Assembly: GCF_902785855.1 (NCBI RefSeq)
Contig: NZ_CADAAJ010000001.1
DNA: 64,000 bases
Strand: one strand, 5' to 3'
Source of the DNA: an uncultured Methanobrevibacter sp.
GTDB lineage: Archaea; Methanobacteriota; Methanobacteria; Methanobacteriales; Methanobacteriaceae
Position numbers and translations under genes: made by a program. The notes beneath the pieces are model-generated. The model saw only the letters and a program-made list of their open reading frames with translations. It was not told the origin of the DNA and did no database searches. Shown here piece by piece: positions 29,579-39,356 of the stretch (within the stretch, counting starts at the first letter, position 1; the number at the start of each line of letters is the position of its first letter).

Positions 29579-30364
29579 GTGGTAATTGTGAATGAAAATG
29601 AAACATTATTAAAAAACTACGATTCTATTTCAGAAGATGTAAAATTTGTATCTAAGTCGTTAATCAGATTAAAAATATTAGCTGCATTATTTGAAGAATC
29701 TCAAACAATGAAAAGTTTAACAGAAAAAACATCATTAAGTTATAGTTCAATATCAAGTGCTATTCACAGTTTGGAACTAAAAGGATATGTTTTTCGTGAA
29801 TCAAACAAATATTTTTTATCTAATAATATGAAATTGTATATGAATTATGTACTGGAGTTTAAATCTATTGTAAATTTATTAAATAAATTTTTTAATATTT
29901 TGGATGGTCATGTTGTGACTATGATTCCTAATCAATCAGTATATGAATTATATTTGCTTGGAAACGCTAAATTATTGGAATCAGATGGTGTAGATGTTTA
30001 TAAAATTTATAATTATATTGAAAATGCTATTAATGAAGCAGAAAATTTAAAATGTATTTTACCATTTTTTTACGATGATTTTAATAATGCATTAAATGCT
30101 TTAGTTGATAAAGGAGCATTTGTTGAAGTCATGGTTCCTGAAGATATTTATGAAACTTTTGAAGAGAAATCTGAAATAAGGTATTTATCTTCTTTTGATG
30201 GAGATGAAAGATTTTTATTAATTGTTAGTGATAAAATAATGATTCTAGGATTGTTTAAAAATAATGGGTTTTTTGATCAAAATAGATTATTAACTTCAAA
30301 AAATAGTGATGCCATTGAATGGGCAAATAATCTTTTTAAAAATTTTAAAAATAAAAATAAATGA
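29579..30364 (+). CDS. Winged-helix transcriptional regulator (FilR1/DUF1724-like)
   Basis: The N-terminal wHTH reads RLKILAALFEESQTMKSLTEKTSLSYSSISSAIHSLELKGYV. A roughly 170-aa C-terminal domain follows. The exact start (GTG) is uncertain. Confidence 0.55.
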   Translation: MVIVNENETLLKNYDSISEDVKFVSKSLIRLKILAALFEESQTMKSLTEKTSLSYSSISSAIHSLELKGYVFRESNKYFLSNNMKLYMNYVLEFKSIVNLLNKFFNILDGHVVTMIPNQSVYELYLLGNAKLLESDGVDVYKIYNYIENAINEAENLKCILPFFYDDFNNALNALVDKGAFVEVMVPEDIYETFEEKSEIRYLSSFDGDERFLLIVSDKIMILGLFKNNGFFDQNRLLTSKNSDAIEWANNLFKNFKNKNK

Positions 30365-30372
30365 GTTTTAGA

Positions 30373-32067
30373 TTATTTATAATATTTTTCTAAATACTCA
30401 TTTAATTCATTGATAGGTATTCTTTGTTGAGCTTCACTATCTCTGTCCCTTACAGTTACTTGGTTATCTTCGATAGTGTCAAAATCAACTGTTATTGCAA
30501 GAGGAATTCCGATTTCATCGGCTCTTGCATATCTTCTACCTATTGTTCCACTTGCATCAAATTCAACTTTGAATCCATTCATTCTTAATTTTTCAGTTAA
30601 CTCTTGAGCAATTTCAAGAGGTTCTTTTTTGTTAACAAGTGGGAATACGCCAACTTGAACTGGAGCTACTGATTTATTAAATTTAAAGTAATCTTTTTCT
30701 TCAGTTTCACAAAATGAATGTAGTAAAACTGCATAGGTAATACGATCTATACCAAAAGATGGTTCAATAACATGGGGAACGATTTTTTCACCAGTTATTT
30801 CTTCTTCAACATCTTCAAATATGAGCAAATCTTCACTTACTTCATATTTTTTATCTAATTCTATTGTGTATTTGCCATCTTTTTCAATTGCAGATTTTAT
30901 TTCATCAATATCAGCGTCTTCAATTGCTTGTTTAACTTTAGGAGAATCACCTTTAAATATTGGTCCAAATTTGGATAAATTTGGTTTAACAACAGTTTTT
31001 TTAACTTTTTGAGGTTCATCATATTCAACAAACACATTTAATTCATCGTTACTGTATTTTGAATGAGATGATAAGTCATAATCTCCTCTATCTGCTATTC
31101 CAATAATTTCAACCCATCCATATTTGTCGGTTTTAACTTCAACATCCCAACAATCAAGAGCATAATGTGCCATTTCTCCTTTTAAATGTTGTCTGAATCT
31201 TAAAACTTCTTCAGGAATTCCAATTTCTTTTAAAAATTTCCTTGCTAAATATAACTGGTAGATTAACATTTCGTTAGCTACAATTCCTTTATCAAGAGCT
31301 TCACGTGCTGTAATTTTTAAAGGCTCTTTGTTGTTTTCTTGAACATCTTGAGAATGGAGATATAAAATTTCATTTTCTATTTGTGAAAATTTTGGGTGTG
31401 TTTTATCTTTAGGATTAAGAAATATTTCCGCTTCTGCTTGTGTAAATTCACGTAGACGAATTACTCCTTGTCTAGGTGATATTTCATTTCTGTAGGCTTT
31501 TCCAAGTTGAACTGCTCCAAATGGCAATTTGCTTCTGAAAAATCTTTCTAAACGTTTGAATAAAATAAAAATTCCTTGAGCAGTTTCAGGCCTCATATAT
31601 CCTACTTTATCTCCTTTCGCACCAATCATGGTTTTAAACATTAAATTATAATTCCAGATATTTGACAGTTTTCCTTCACATTCTGGGCATCTGATATTGT
31701 TGTCAATTACAATTTGGTCAAGTTCTTCATTTTCTAAACTTTCTACATCTTCACCAATAACTTCTTCGATAATGTGGTCTGCTCTAAATACTTCTCCACA
31801 ATTTTCACATTTACACATAGGGTCGGTAAAGTTATCAACATGTCCTGATGCTTTTAAAACTTCTTTCGGCATTACTGTGGGACCTTCAATTTCATAAAAT
31901 CCCTCACCAGAAACGTATTGTTTTCTCCATTTTTGCATGATGTTATTTTTTAAACTGGCTCCAAGAGGTCCATAATCTGTAAATCCTGAAACTCCGGAAT
32001 AAATTTCAAAAGAAGGCCATAAAAATCCTCTTTTTGCACTAATATTTATCATTTTGTCATGATTCAT
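30373..32067 (-). CDS. glyS: Glycine--tRNA ligase (archaeal/eukaryotic type)
   Basis: KRGFLWPSFEIYSGVSGFTDYGPLG, RPETAQG and FRNEISPR are present. ATG 32067 with GGAG 9 nt upstream is preferred over TTG 32082. Confidence 0.92.
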   Translation of the reverse strand: MNHDKMINISAKRGFLWPSFEIYSGVSGFTDYGPLGASLKNNIMQKWRKQYVSGEGFYEIEGPTVMPKEVLKASGHVDNFTDPMCKCENCGEVFRADHIIEEVIGEDVESLENEELDQIVIDNNIRCPECEGKLSNIWNYNLMFKTMIGAKGDKVGYMRPETAQGIFILFKRLERFFRSKLPFGAVQLGKAYRNEISPRQGVIRLREFTQAEAEIFLNPKDKTHPKFSQIENEILYLHSQDVQENNKEPLKITAREALDKGIVANEMLIYQLYLARKFLKEIGIPEEVLRFRQHLKGEMAHYALDCWDVEVKTDKYGWVEIIGIADRGDYDLSSHSKYSNDELNVFVEYDEPQKVKKTVVKPNLSKFGPIFKGDSPKVKQAIEDADIDEIKSAIEKDGKYTIELDKKYEVSEDLLIFEDVEEEITGEKIVPHVIEPSFGIDRITYAVLLHSFCETEEKDYFKFNKSVAPVQVGVFPLVNKKEPLEIAQELTEKLRMNGFKVEFDASGTIGRRYARADEIGIPLAITVDFDTIEDNQVTVRDRDSEAQQRIPINELNEYLEKYYK

Positions 32068-32083
32068 AAAGATTAACTCCAAT

Positions 32084-32668
32084 TTATTTTTTTAATTCAT
32101 AATCAAGTTTTACTCGACTGCTTTCAGGTTTTGTTTGTCCCATATATTTACTATTTCTATCTGGATGTCCGTATGGGAGTTCTGATGGTGTTGTCATAGT
32201 TTCAAATACTATTTGACATACTCTTTGACCTGGATAAAGTGCAACAGGCATTGCACCAATATTTGATATTTCCAGGGTTATTTTTCCTTCAAAACCAGGG
32301 TCAATAAATCCTGCTGTAACGTGCATGGTTACACCAAGTCTTCCCATGCTGGATCTACCTTCTACTCTAGCTACTAAATCATCAGGCACTTTAACATATT
32401 CTAATGTTGTTGCAAGTGCAAATTCATTAGGATGTATAATAAATGCTTCACCTTCTTTAACAGTACTAGATTCCATATAAGATGCAATATCTTCTTCATC
32501 TTTTGGATCAATATAGGGTTTTCTAATTACTTTAAATACTTTAAACTCATCTCCAAGTCTCATATCTACAGAAGATGGTTGTATTTGTTTTTCATCTAAA
32601 AGAGGTTCAATAACTATTTTTTCCTCGTCCAAGTATTCTTTTATAGTTTTATCACTTAAAATTGCCAT
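32084..32668 (-). CDS. dcd: dCTP deaminase
   Basis: MAILSDKTIKEY..., SSVDMRLG and VEGRSSMGRLG are present. ATG 32668 is preferred over TTG 32680. Confidence 0.9.
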   Translation of the reverse strand: MAILSDKTIKEYLDEEKIVIEPLLDEKQIQPSSVDMRLGDEFKVFKVIRKPYIDPKDEEDIASYMESSTVKEGEAFIIHPNEFALATTLEYVKVPDDLVARVEGRSSMGRLGVTMHVTAGFIDPGFEGKITLEISNIGAMPVALYPGQRVCQIVFETMTTPSELPYGHPDRNSKYMGQTKPESSRVKLDYELKK

Positions 32669-32686
32669 TTTTTCACACAAATAATT

Positions 32687-33517
32687 TTATATTTCTTCAA
32701 TTTCAATTAAATTTTCCATTCTATTAACTATATTGTCTATGCTTTCTTCTATATAATTAATTGTAATTGCATTAAATGAACATGTATTAACACATAAGCC
32801 ACAGCCTTTACAGTTATCATAATCAATGGATATTTTATTATTAATAAGATTAATAGCATTAAACATACAAATGTTATCTAAACATTTCAAACATTTTTTG
32901 CATTTTTCTTCATGAAGTTTTACATTAACTCCGTCAAGTCTTTCAATTTTATCAGATATTTCATTATTTAAATTTGGATATACTTTCCAAAGACAGCAAC
33001 ATGGGCAGCAATGACATATGGTTAAAAGCCCTTTTCCGGGATGTATATTCATCCACACAGCATCAATTTTATTTCTTCCAATAAGATGACTTAAACCAGC
33101 AGCATCAGCTCTGTCAATTTGGTTTAATGCTTCTTCAACAGTTGCTTTATGAGCTACATGATTTGGAATTTTTCTTGAAGTAGGTCCAAGGAAAATACAA
33201 CCTATATCCTGAGGATAATCCTGACAGTCATTTGAAGTTCGACAAAGACATTTGTCCATAATAACAATGTCTTCTGAGCGTTTTATAACATCTTTAAGGA
33301 CGTCTGTAGGTAAAAATTCTGAGCCTTCAGACTCAATTTTTTTATCTATATTAATGGTATTTGGAACAATAACGATTTCATCATCTTCAAAAAGCATTTT
33401 ATCAATGATTTTTTTAGCCAATTTTGATTTTTTGGTAAGTCCAGCTATCCAAAATCTCCAATTAAATATTCTGTTGACGATAAAAATGCTTATATCAATA
33501 TACTTCGGTTTTTTCAT
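32687..33517 (-). CDS. 4Fe-4S cluster-binding protein
   Basis: CKKCLKCLDNC and CKGCGLCVNTC ferredoxin motifs are present, plus CHCCPCCC. Confidence 0.6.
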   Translation of the reverse strand: MKKPKYIDISIFIVNRIFNWRFWIAGLTKKSKLAKKIIDKMLFEDDEIVIVPNTINIDKKIESEGSEFLPTDVLKDVIKRSEDIVIMDKCLCRTSNDCQDYPQDIGCIFLGPTSRKIPNHVAHKATVEEALNQIDRADAAGLSHLIGRNKIDAVWMNIHPGKGLLTICHCCPCCCLWKVYPNLNNEISDKIERLDGVNVKLHEEKCKKCLKCLDNICMFNAINLINNKISIDYDNCKGCGLCVNTCSFNAITINYIEESIDNIVNRMENLIEIEEI

Positions 33518-34428
33518 TGTTCACCTATTTTCATTTTTAATCGTCTTAAAATACCTTTTAAAGTATGAGCTTCACGTCCTGTAATAAATGCTCGGGAAAT
33601 AATATTTTTGAATGTCTTTTTTCCATTGGATTTTTTATGCTCGGGAATATCAATACTATCTATTAATTCATCCATATCTTTTAGTAAATATTCTTTTTCT
33701 AATGGAGTACTTTCTTTTAAACCTTCAACTCCATATTCATGTCTATTTTTGAATAATTCATAAAATATTATTGCTGCAGCATGGGATATATTCATAATTG
33801 GATATGTTGGGTCGGTTGGAATTGATACACAGATATCACAGTCTCCAATTTCTTTATTTGTAAGGCCATTACCCTCTCTTCCAAATAATATGCAAATTTT
33901 ATTTTCAACATTTAGGGATTTACCAAGTTCTTCAGGTCTGATTGGAATTCTGGATAAGTTATAACTTCCTCCAGCAGTTCCAGTTGATGCAACTTTAAAA
34001 TCAATTCTTTGACTTTGATAAAATTCGTCTAAAGTTGGGAATATTTTAGCATTTTCAACAATATATTTTCCATGTGTAGCTTGATAATATGCTTCATTAG
34101 TTAATGTTGGTGGATTTATTAATACTAAATTTTTTAATCCGAAATTTGCCATTGTTCTTGCAAGAAATCCAATATTTCCAGGGGTTTCACATTCAACAAA
34201 TACAATATAAATATTTTCTTTAAAAAGACTGGTTTCTTTGTCTTCTTTTTCACGAACAAGTTTAACCCTACCTGTCCCTCTGGATTGTTTTTTGGATGCA
34301 GCTTTTTTTTTAGAAGTAGCGTCTTTTTCATTTTTGCTTTCATCTTTTTCTTCAGTAGAACTCATAGTTGTTGTATCTACAACTTTTTGTTCACTTACAG
34401 CAGCATCTCCTATTTTAATCAACCCCAT
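33514..34428 (-). CDS. SpoU/TrmH-family RNA 2'-O-methyltransferase (TrmJ-like) with a Lys-rich N-terminal extension
   Basis: IVFVECETPGNIGFLARTMANFG, ILFGREGNGL and NISHAAAII are present. About 80 aa of K/E/S-rich sequence precede the methyltransferase domain. Confidence 0.75.
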   Translation of the reverse strand: MGLIKIGDAAVSEQKVVDTTTMSSTEEKDESKNEKDATSKKKAASKKQSRGTGRVKLVREKEDKETSLFKENIYIVFVECETPGNIGFLARTMANFGLKNLVLINPPTLTNEAYYQATHGKYIVENAKIFPTLDEFYQSQRIDFKVASTGTAGGSYNLSRIPIRPEELGKSLNVENKICILFGREGNGLTNKEIGDCDICVSIPTDPTYPIMNISHAAAIIFYELFKNRHEYGVEGLKESTPLEKEYLLKDMDELIDSIDIPEHKKSNGKKTFKNIISRAFITGREAHTLKGILRRLKMKIGEQ

Positions 34429-34435
34429 TTTTTAT

Positions 34436-35908
34436 TTATTCATAAGCTTTTTTTAATAATTCAAGAATATGCATTGATTTTATATCATTGGCACCAATTG
34501 CATCTAATCCGTCCTGCAAATTCAATTCACAAAATGGACAAATTGTAATTACTGCTTCAGCACCAGTATCTTTAATCATTTCAGCTTTGGATTTTGACAA
34601 GTCCAGTGCAATATCTGGTTTTCCGGATTTTATTCCGCCCCCTGCACCACAGCATTGACATGGGTATTTCATTTCTTCAAATTCAACACCAGGTATCATT
34701 TCAATAATTTCTCTTGGTTGATCTTTAATATTTTGACCTCTTCCTAAATGACAAGGGTCATGCCAGGTAACTTTCATATCAACATTATGCATTTTTGAAC
34801 TGTCAAGTTTATCGACTAAAAACTCGCTTACATCCATTACATTTAAATTTGATCCAAATTCGGGGTGATTATTTTTTAAGGTTGATCCGCATCCGGAACA
34901 TACTGTGAGTACTGTATCATATTCTTTAAATACTTCTTTATTTTTATCAACAAGTTTTTGAACTAATTCTGTCTGGCCTGTTCTTAAAAGTGGTGAACCA
35001 CAGCAAACCTGTTCTTCAGGAACATCAATATCAATTCCATTTTCTTTTAAAATATTAACTAATGTATGTCCAATTTCTGGAAATTTATAATCAACCATAC
35101 AACCGGTAAAGAAGGCAATTTTTGAACCAGTTTTATTTGTTGCTTCTTTAATAAATGGTGTTTTATCAGTTTTTATGGATCTTCCATTTTTTTCAATATT
35201 TTCCCTAAATGAAACATGTTCTGGAAGTGGTCCTGAACCATTTGCAACAGCAATTGCTCTCATTCTTTCAATTGCATCGCCAAATGTATTAATATTTTTA
35301 GGACAAACCGATAGGCATTTTCCACAACTGGTACAGTTGTATAATCCTTCGTCTAATGCTTCTTTAAGTCTGTCGAATTTTTCTCTAGGATCACTTTCAA
35401 ATTTGGAGATATATCTCATTAAGTAAGGTCCTCCGAATTCTTCTGTTGCAATATTAACAACAGGGCATGTTGAAAAACATGAATAACATTCAATGCAGCT
35501 TCTAACTTTCTTAGTTTTTGCACTATCTTGTTTATTTATATCAGTATCAAGTTCATTTTTATGGTTGCATTGGAGAGATAAATTTAAATCTTTAACTTTA
35601 GCTTCAATACTGGATTTGTCCACAATTAAATCTTTTATAACTGGGAATTTTAGAGGTTCTATTATTGCTCCGTCTTGAATTTCTTTTTGACATGCAAGAG
35701 CTCCATTTCCTTTATATAAAATACCGCATGAACCACACTGCCCGGCTCTACATGAACTTCTAAAACTAATGTCTGCATTATATTTTTCATTAATAGCTTG
35801 GAGAGCATCTAAAACTTTCATTTGGGGTGTTTTTTTTATTTCATAACACTCTAAATGAGGTTCTTTGTCAATTTCACTATTAAATCTAGAAACATAAACT
35901 TTAATCAT
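34436..35908 (-). CDS. tfrB: Thiol:fumarate reductase subunit B-like (SdhB/FrdB Fe-S domain fused to HdrB-like CCG domains)
   Basis: CRAGQCGSCG, CIECYSCFSTCP and CTSCGKCLSVCP are followed by CCGSPL and CQCCGAGGG. The product is 490 aa. Confidence 0.75.
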   Translation of the reverse strand: MIKVYVSRFNSEIDKEPHLECYEIKKTPQMKVLDALQAINEKYNADISFRSSCRAGQCGSCGILYKGNGALACQKEIQDGAIIEPLKFPVIKDLIVDKSSIEAKVKDLNLSLQCNHKNELDTDINKQDSAKTKKVRSCIECYSCFSTCPVVNIATEEFGGPYLMRYISKFESDPREKFDRLKEALDEGLYNCTSCGKCLSVCPKNINTFGDAIERMRAIAVANGSGPLPEHVSFRENIEKNGRSIKTDKTPFIKEATNKTGSKIAFFTGCMVDYKFPEIGHTLVNILKENGIDIDVPEEQVCCGSPLLRTGQTELVQKLVDKNKEVFKEYDTVLTVCSGCGSTLKNNHPEFGSNLNVMDVSEFLVDKLDSSKMHNVDMKVTWHDPCHLGRGQNIKDQPREIIEMIPGVEFEEMKYPCQCCGAGGGIKSGKPDIALDLSKSKAEMIKDTGAEAVITICPFCELNLQDGLDAIGANDIKSMHILELLKKAYE

Positions 35909-36048
35909 TTTTTCCCTCCAAAATTGATATGACTATATAAAATATTATAATATAATATTTGTATCTTAACGAATATATTATACTTACTATTTTATAGTTT
36001 AAAGTATAATATTAATAATGTATAATTATAAATTTTTGAGGAGAATAT

Positions 36049-37941
36049 ATGAATTTAAAAGAATTAGTCACCGGAAGTTCTGGTGAAAAACAATTTTTAC
36101 TTGGTAATGAAGCTGCAGTAAGAGGTGTTATTGAAGCTGGTGTTTCTATTGCTGCTACTTATCCGGGAACTCCTTCATCAGAAATTGGAAATGTATTGTC
36201 TGTATTGGCTAAAGATGCTAATATCTATTTCGAGTTTTCCACTAATGAAAAAGTTGCTATGGAAGTTGCTGCAACTGCTGCTGCTTCTGGTCTTAGATCA
36301 TTTACATTCATGAAACATGTTGGTATGAATGTTGCAGCAGATTCATTCATGACTACTGCATATTCTGGTGTAAGGGGAGGAATGGTTATATTAACAGCTG
36401 ATGACCCTTCTCTGTTTTCATCACAAAATGAACAAGATTCACGTAATTATTCAAGATTGGCTAATATGCCAATTTTAGAACCATCAAATTGTCAGGAAGT
36501 TAAAGACATGGTTAAATATGCTTTTGATTTATCTGAACAATTTAATATTCCGGTAATTGTTAGAACTACAACTCGTGTATCTCATATGAGGGGAGTTGTT
36601 GAATTTGGAGATAAAATTGATAATTCATCAAATAATGATAATCACTGGAAAAGGGGTCACTTTAAAAAAGATCCATCTCAATTTGTTCCGGTACCTGCAT
36701 TTGCAGGAGATATGCATGTTAAATTATGGAATAAAATTCACAAAATTGAAGAAATTACTAATGCAAGCGATTTAAATAATGAAATTAAATTTTCACAAGA
36801 TAAAAAATACGGTATCATTGCTTCAAGTAGTGCTTATAATTATGCTCATGATGTTGTTAAATTCAATAATTTAAACGTGGATATTTTAAAATTAGGATTT
36901 TCTTATCCGTTCCCACAAGATAAAGTTCATGAATTCTTAAAAGATTTGGATGAAGTATTTGTTGTTGAAGAAGTTGATCCAATAATGGAAAAAGAAACTT
37001 TGGCAGTTTGTGGTTTAAATAATCTTGATGTTATTGTTCATGGTAAATTGGATGAGACTTTTCCATTATATCATGAATTTAATTCAGATATTGTTGCAGA
37101 TGGTTTGAATAAAGTATTGAATTTTAAACAGGAAGAAAATATTAATTATTCATCAAACTTAGAACAATTAAACCAGGATATTCCTTCTAGAGCTCCAGTT
37201 TTATGCGCAGGATGTCCTCACAGAGCAATGTATTATGGAATAAATAAAGCTATTGATGAATTAGGTTTAAAAACATCTGATGTAATATTTGCTTCTGATA
37301 TTGGTTGTTATACTTTAGGAATTAATCCTCCTTACAATGCTGCAGATTATTTATTATCAATGGGTTCCAGTGTTGGAGATGGTTGTGGTTTTTCAGTTTC
37401 AACAGACCAAAAAGTAGCTAGTTTTATTGGGGATTCTACATTTTTCCATAGTGGTGTTTCACCATTAATTAATGCAGTTCACAATAAACATAATTTTGTT
37501 TTAACTGTTTTGGATAATAGAATTACTGCAATGACTGGTGGTCAACCAAATCCTGGTATTCCAATTGATGGTATGGGTGATGAGGCTCCTGAAGTCTCTA
37601 TTCGTAAATTGGCTGTTGCATGTGGATGTGATTATGTACGTGTAATTAATCCATTTAATTTGGACCAAGTTGTTAAAACATACAAAGAAGCATTTCAAAG
37701 AAATGATACTGCAGTTATTGTATCTAAAGCTCCTTGTACATTAATTAAAGGTTTAGCTAAAAAACCTCCAGTTAATTTCATTGAAAAAAATTGTAATAAT
37801 TGTGATAAATGTGTAAATGAATTTGCTTGTCCTGCAATTTCAAAAATTAATGGTAAAATCAGTATTGATAATGCTCAGTGTGATGGTTGTAATGTTTGTA
37901 TTCAGGTTTGTAAATATGGTGCATTAGATGCAGGTAGGTGA
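36049..37941 (+). CDS. iorA: Indolepyruvate:ferredoxin oxidoreductase subunit alpha
   Basis: GNEAAVRGVIEAG, GDSTFFHSG and a C-terminal 2x[4Fe-4S] motif pair (CNNCDKCVNEFACP, CDGCNVCIQVC) are present. Confidence 0.9.
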   Translation: MNLKELVTGSSGEKQFLLGNEAAVRGVIEAGVSIAATYPGTPSSEIGNVLSVLAKDANIYFEFSTNEKVAMEVAATAAASGLRSFTFMKHVGMNVAADSFMTTAYSGVRGGMVILTADDPSLFSSQNEQDSRNYSRLANMPILEPSNCQEVKDMVKYAFDLSEQFNIPVIVRTTTRVSHMRGVVEFGDKIDNSSNNDNHWKRGHFKKDPSQFVPVPAFAGDMHVKLWNKIHKIEEITNASDLNNEIKFSQDKKYGIIASSSAYNYAHDVVKFNNLNVDILKLGFSYPFPQDKVHEFLKDLDEVFVVEEVDPIMEKETLAVCGLNNLDVIVHGKLDETFPLYHEFNSDIVADGLNKVLNFKQEENINYSSNLEQLNQDIPSRAPVLCAGCPHRAMYYGINKAIDELGLKTSDVIFASDIGCYTLGINPPYNAADYLLSMGSSVGDGCGFSVSTDQKVASFIGDSTFFHSGVSPLINAVHNKHNFVLTVLDNRITAMTGGQPNPGIPIDGMGDEAPEVSIRKLAVACGCDYVRVINPFNLDQVVKTYKEAFQRNDTAVIVSKAPCTLIKGLAKKPPVNFIEKNCNNCDKCVNEFACPAISKINGKISIDNAQCDGCNVCIQVCKYGALDAGR

Positions 37942-37945
37942 AAAA

Positions 37946-38530
37946 ATGGATAATCATTATAGTATTTATATTTGTGGTGTAGGTGGTCAGGGAATTATTA
38001 AAACATCTACAATTATTGGTGAAGCTGCAATGAATCAGGGATTAGATGTGGTTATGAGTGAAATTCATGGTATGTCTCAAAGGGGAGGTTCTGTTTCTAC
38101 AGAATTAAAAATCGGAGGATATACTTCATCTATTATTCCAAATCATGGTGCTGATATGTTACTTTCATTTGAACCAATTGAAACAATAAGGGGTTTGGAT
38201 AAAGTAAATTCACAAACTAAAATTGTATTTAATACTCATCCGATTATTCCTTCATCAAATGATAAAGTTTATCCAAATGTGGATAATATGACTAAAGTTT
38301 TAAAAGAAAATTTTAATCATGTTCTACCTATCGATGGAACTCAATTAGCAATTGATGCAGGTAGTGTTTTATCATTAAACATGGTTCTTTTAGGTGCAGT
38401 TACAGCGGATGATAAATTTCCTCTTACAAAAGATTCAGTTATTGATGCTATGAAAAATAATTTAAAACCTAAATTCCATGAGATGAATTTAAAAGCTATT
38501 GAAAGTGGGTATAAATCTATTCGAGGTTAA
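37946..38530 (+). CDS. iorB: Indolepyruvate:ferredoxin oxidoreductase subunit beta
   Basis: ICGVGGQGI...EIHGMSQRGGSV is present. ATG 37946 is preceded by AGGTAGGTGA. Confidence 0.88.
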   Translation: MDNHYSIYICGVGGQGIIKTSTIIGEAAMNQGLDVVMSEIHGMSQRGGSVSTELKIGGYTSSIIPNHGADMLLSFEPIETIRGLDKVNSQTKIVFNTHPIIPSSNDKVYPNVDNMTKVLKENFNHVLPIDGTQLAIDAGSVLSLNMVLLGAVTADDKFPLTKDSVIDAMKNNLKPKFHEMNLKAIESGYKSIRG

Positions 38531-38585
38531 AAATTTAAATAGTATTTTAACTAATAATTTATTATATAATTAATGTTGTGGTATT

Positions 38586-38864
38586 ATGGCTTACAAAATT
38601 GACAATGCTATTATTAAAAAAAATATGAATGGTGGGATTACTTTAATTGATCCTGAAAATGTTTTCATTAATGAAGATGCTTTTATTGCAATTAAAAGTG
38701 ATGATTTGATTACAATTCAACTTTTAATTAATGGTATTTTAAGAAATGAGTTTAAAAATTGGAAGGAAATTGGTAATGTTCCTGAAAAGGAACCTCTTAA
38801 AACTCTTTTCATACGTTTAGGTTATTCAAAAGAAGAAATTTCTAATTTATTAAAAGAATTTTAA
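38586..38864 (+). CDS. Hypothetical small protein
   Basis: This is a 92-aa ORF in an intergenic position. No motif was recognised. Confidence 0.4.
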   Translation: MAYKIDNAIIKKNMNGGITLIDPENVFINEDAFIAIKSDDLITIQLLINGILRNEFKNWKEIGNVPEKEPLKTLFIRLGYSKEEISNLLKEF

Positions 38865-38915
38865 TTATTTTTTTTTAAAAAAAGAGGGATGATTTGTAGA
38901 AAAGAAAGTTCTTTC

Positions 38916-39347
38916 CTATAAATCTTTAATATCTTTAGTTTCTAGAATTTTCACATTGTTTTCATTTAATGTAGTTATTGCTTTTTCCATATTTTCTAAT
39001 CTCATAACTACAATAGCTGCATCACTTTTACTACTTACAAAAGCATATAAATATTCTAAATTAATTCCTTTTTCATCAAAAATAGCTAATGTAGAATTTA
39101 ATCCATTAGGTTTATCAGGTACCTCTAATAATATAACATCATTTTCTTTTACAATAAATCCGTCTTTTTCAAGTGCTTTAATAGCTTTTTCATTATCAGA
39201 AACAATTAACCTTAATATTCCATATTTTGTTGTATCTGCTATTGAAAGTGCACGAATATTAATATTTTCTTTAGATAATGTATCAATTGCTTTTTTAATT
39301 CTACCTTCTTTATTTTCTACAAATATTGAAATTTGTTTTACTGACAT
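38916..39347 (-). CDS. ACT domain-containing protein
   Basis: There are two ACT-like halves (ISIFVENKEGRIKK..., LLEVPDKPNGL...). It lies immediately downstream of the paaK-like gene. Confidence 0.75.
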   Translation of the reverse strand: MSVKQISIFVENKEGRIKKAIDTLSKENINIRALSIADTTKYGILRLIVSDNEKAIKALEKDGFIVKENDVILLEVPDKPNGLNSTLAIFDEKGINLEYLYAFVSSKSDAAIVVMRLENMEKAITTLNENNVKILETKDIKDL

Positions 39348-39356
39348 TTTATCACC

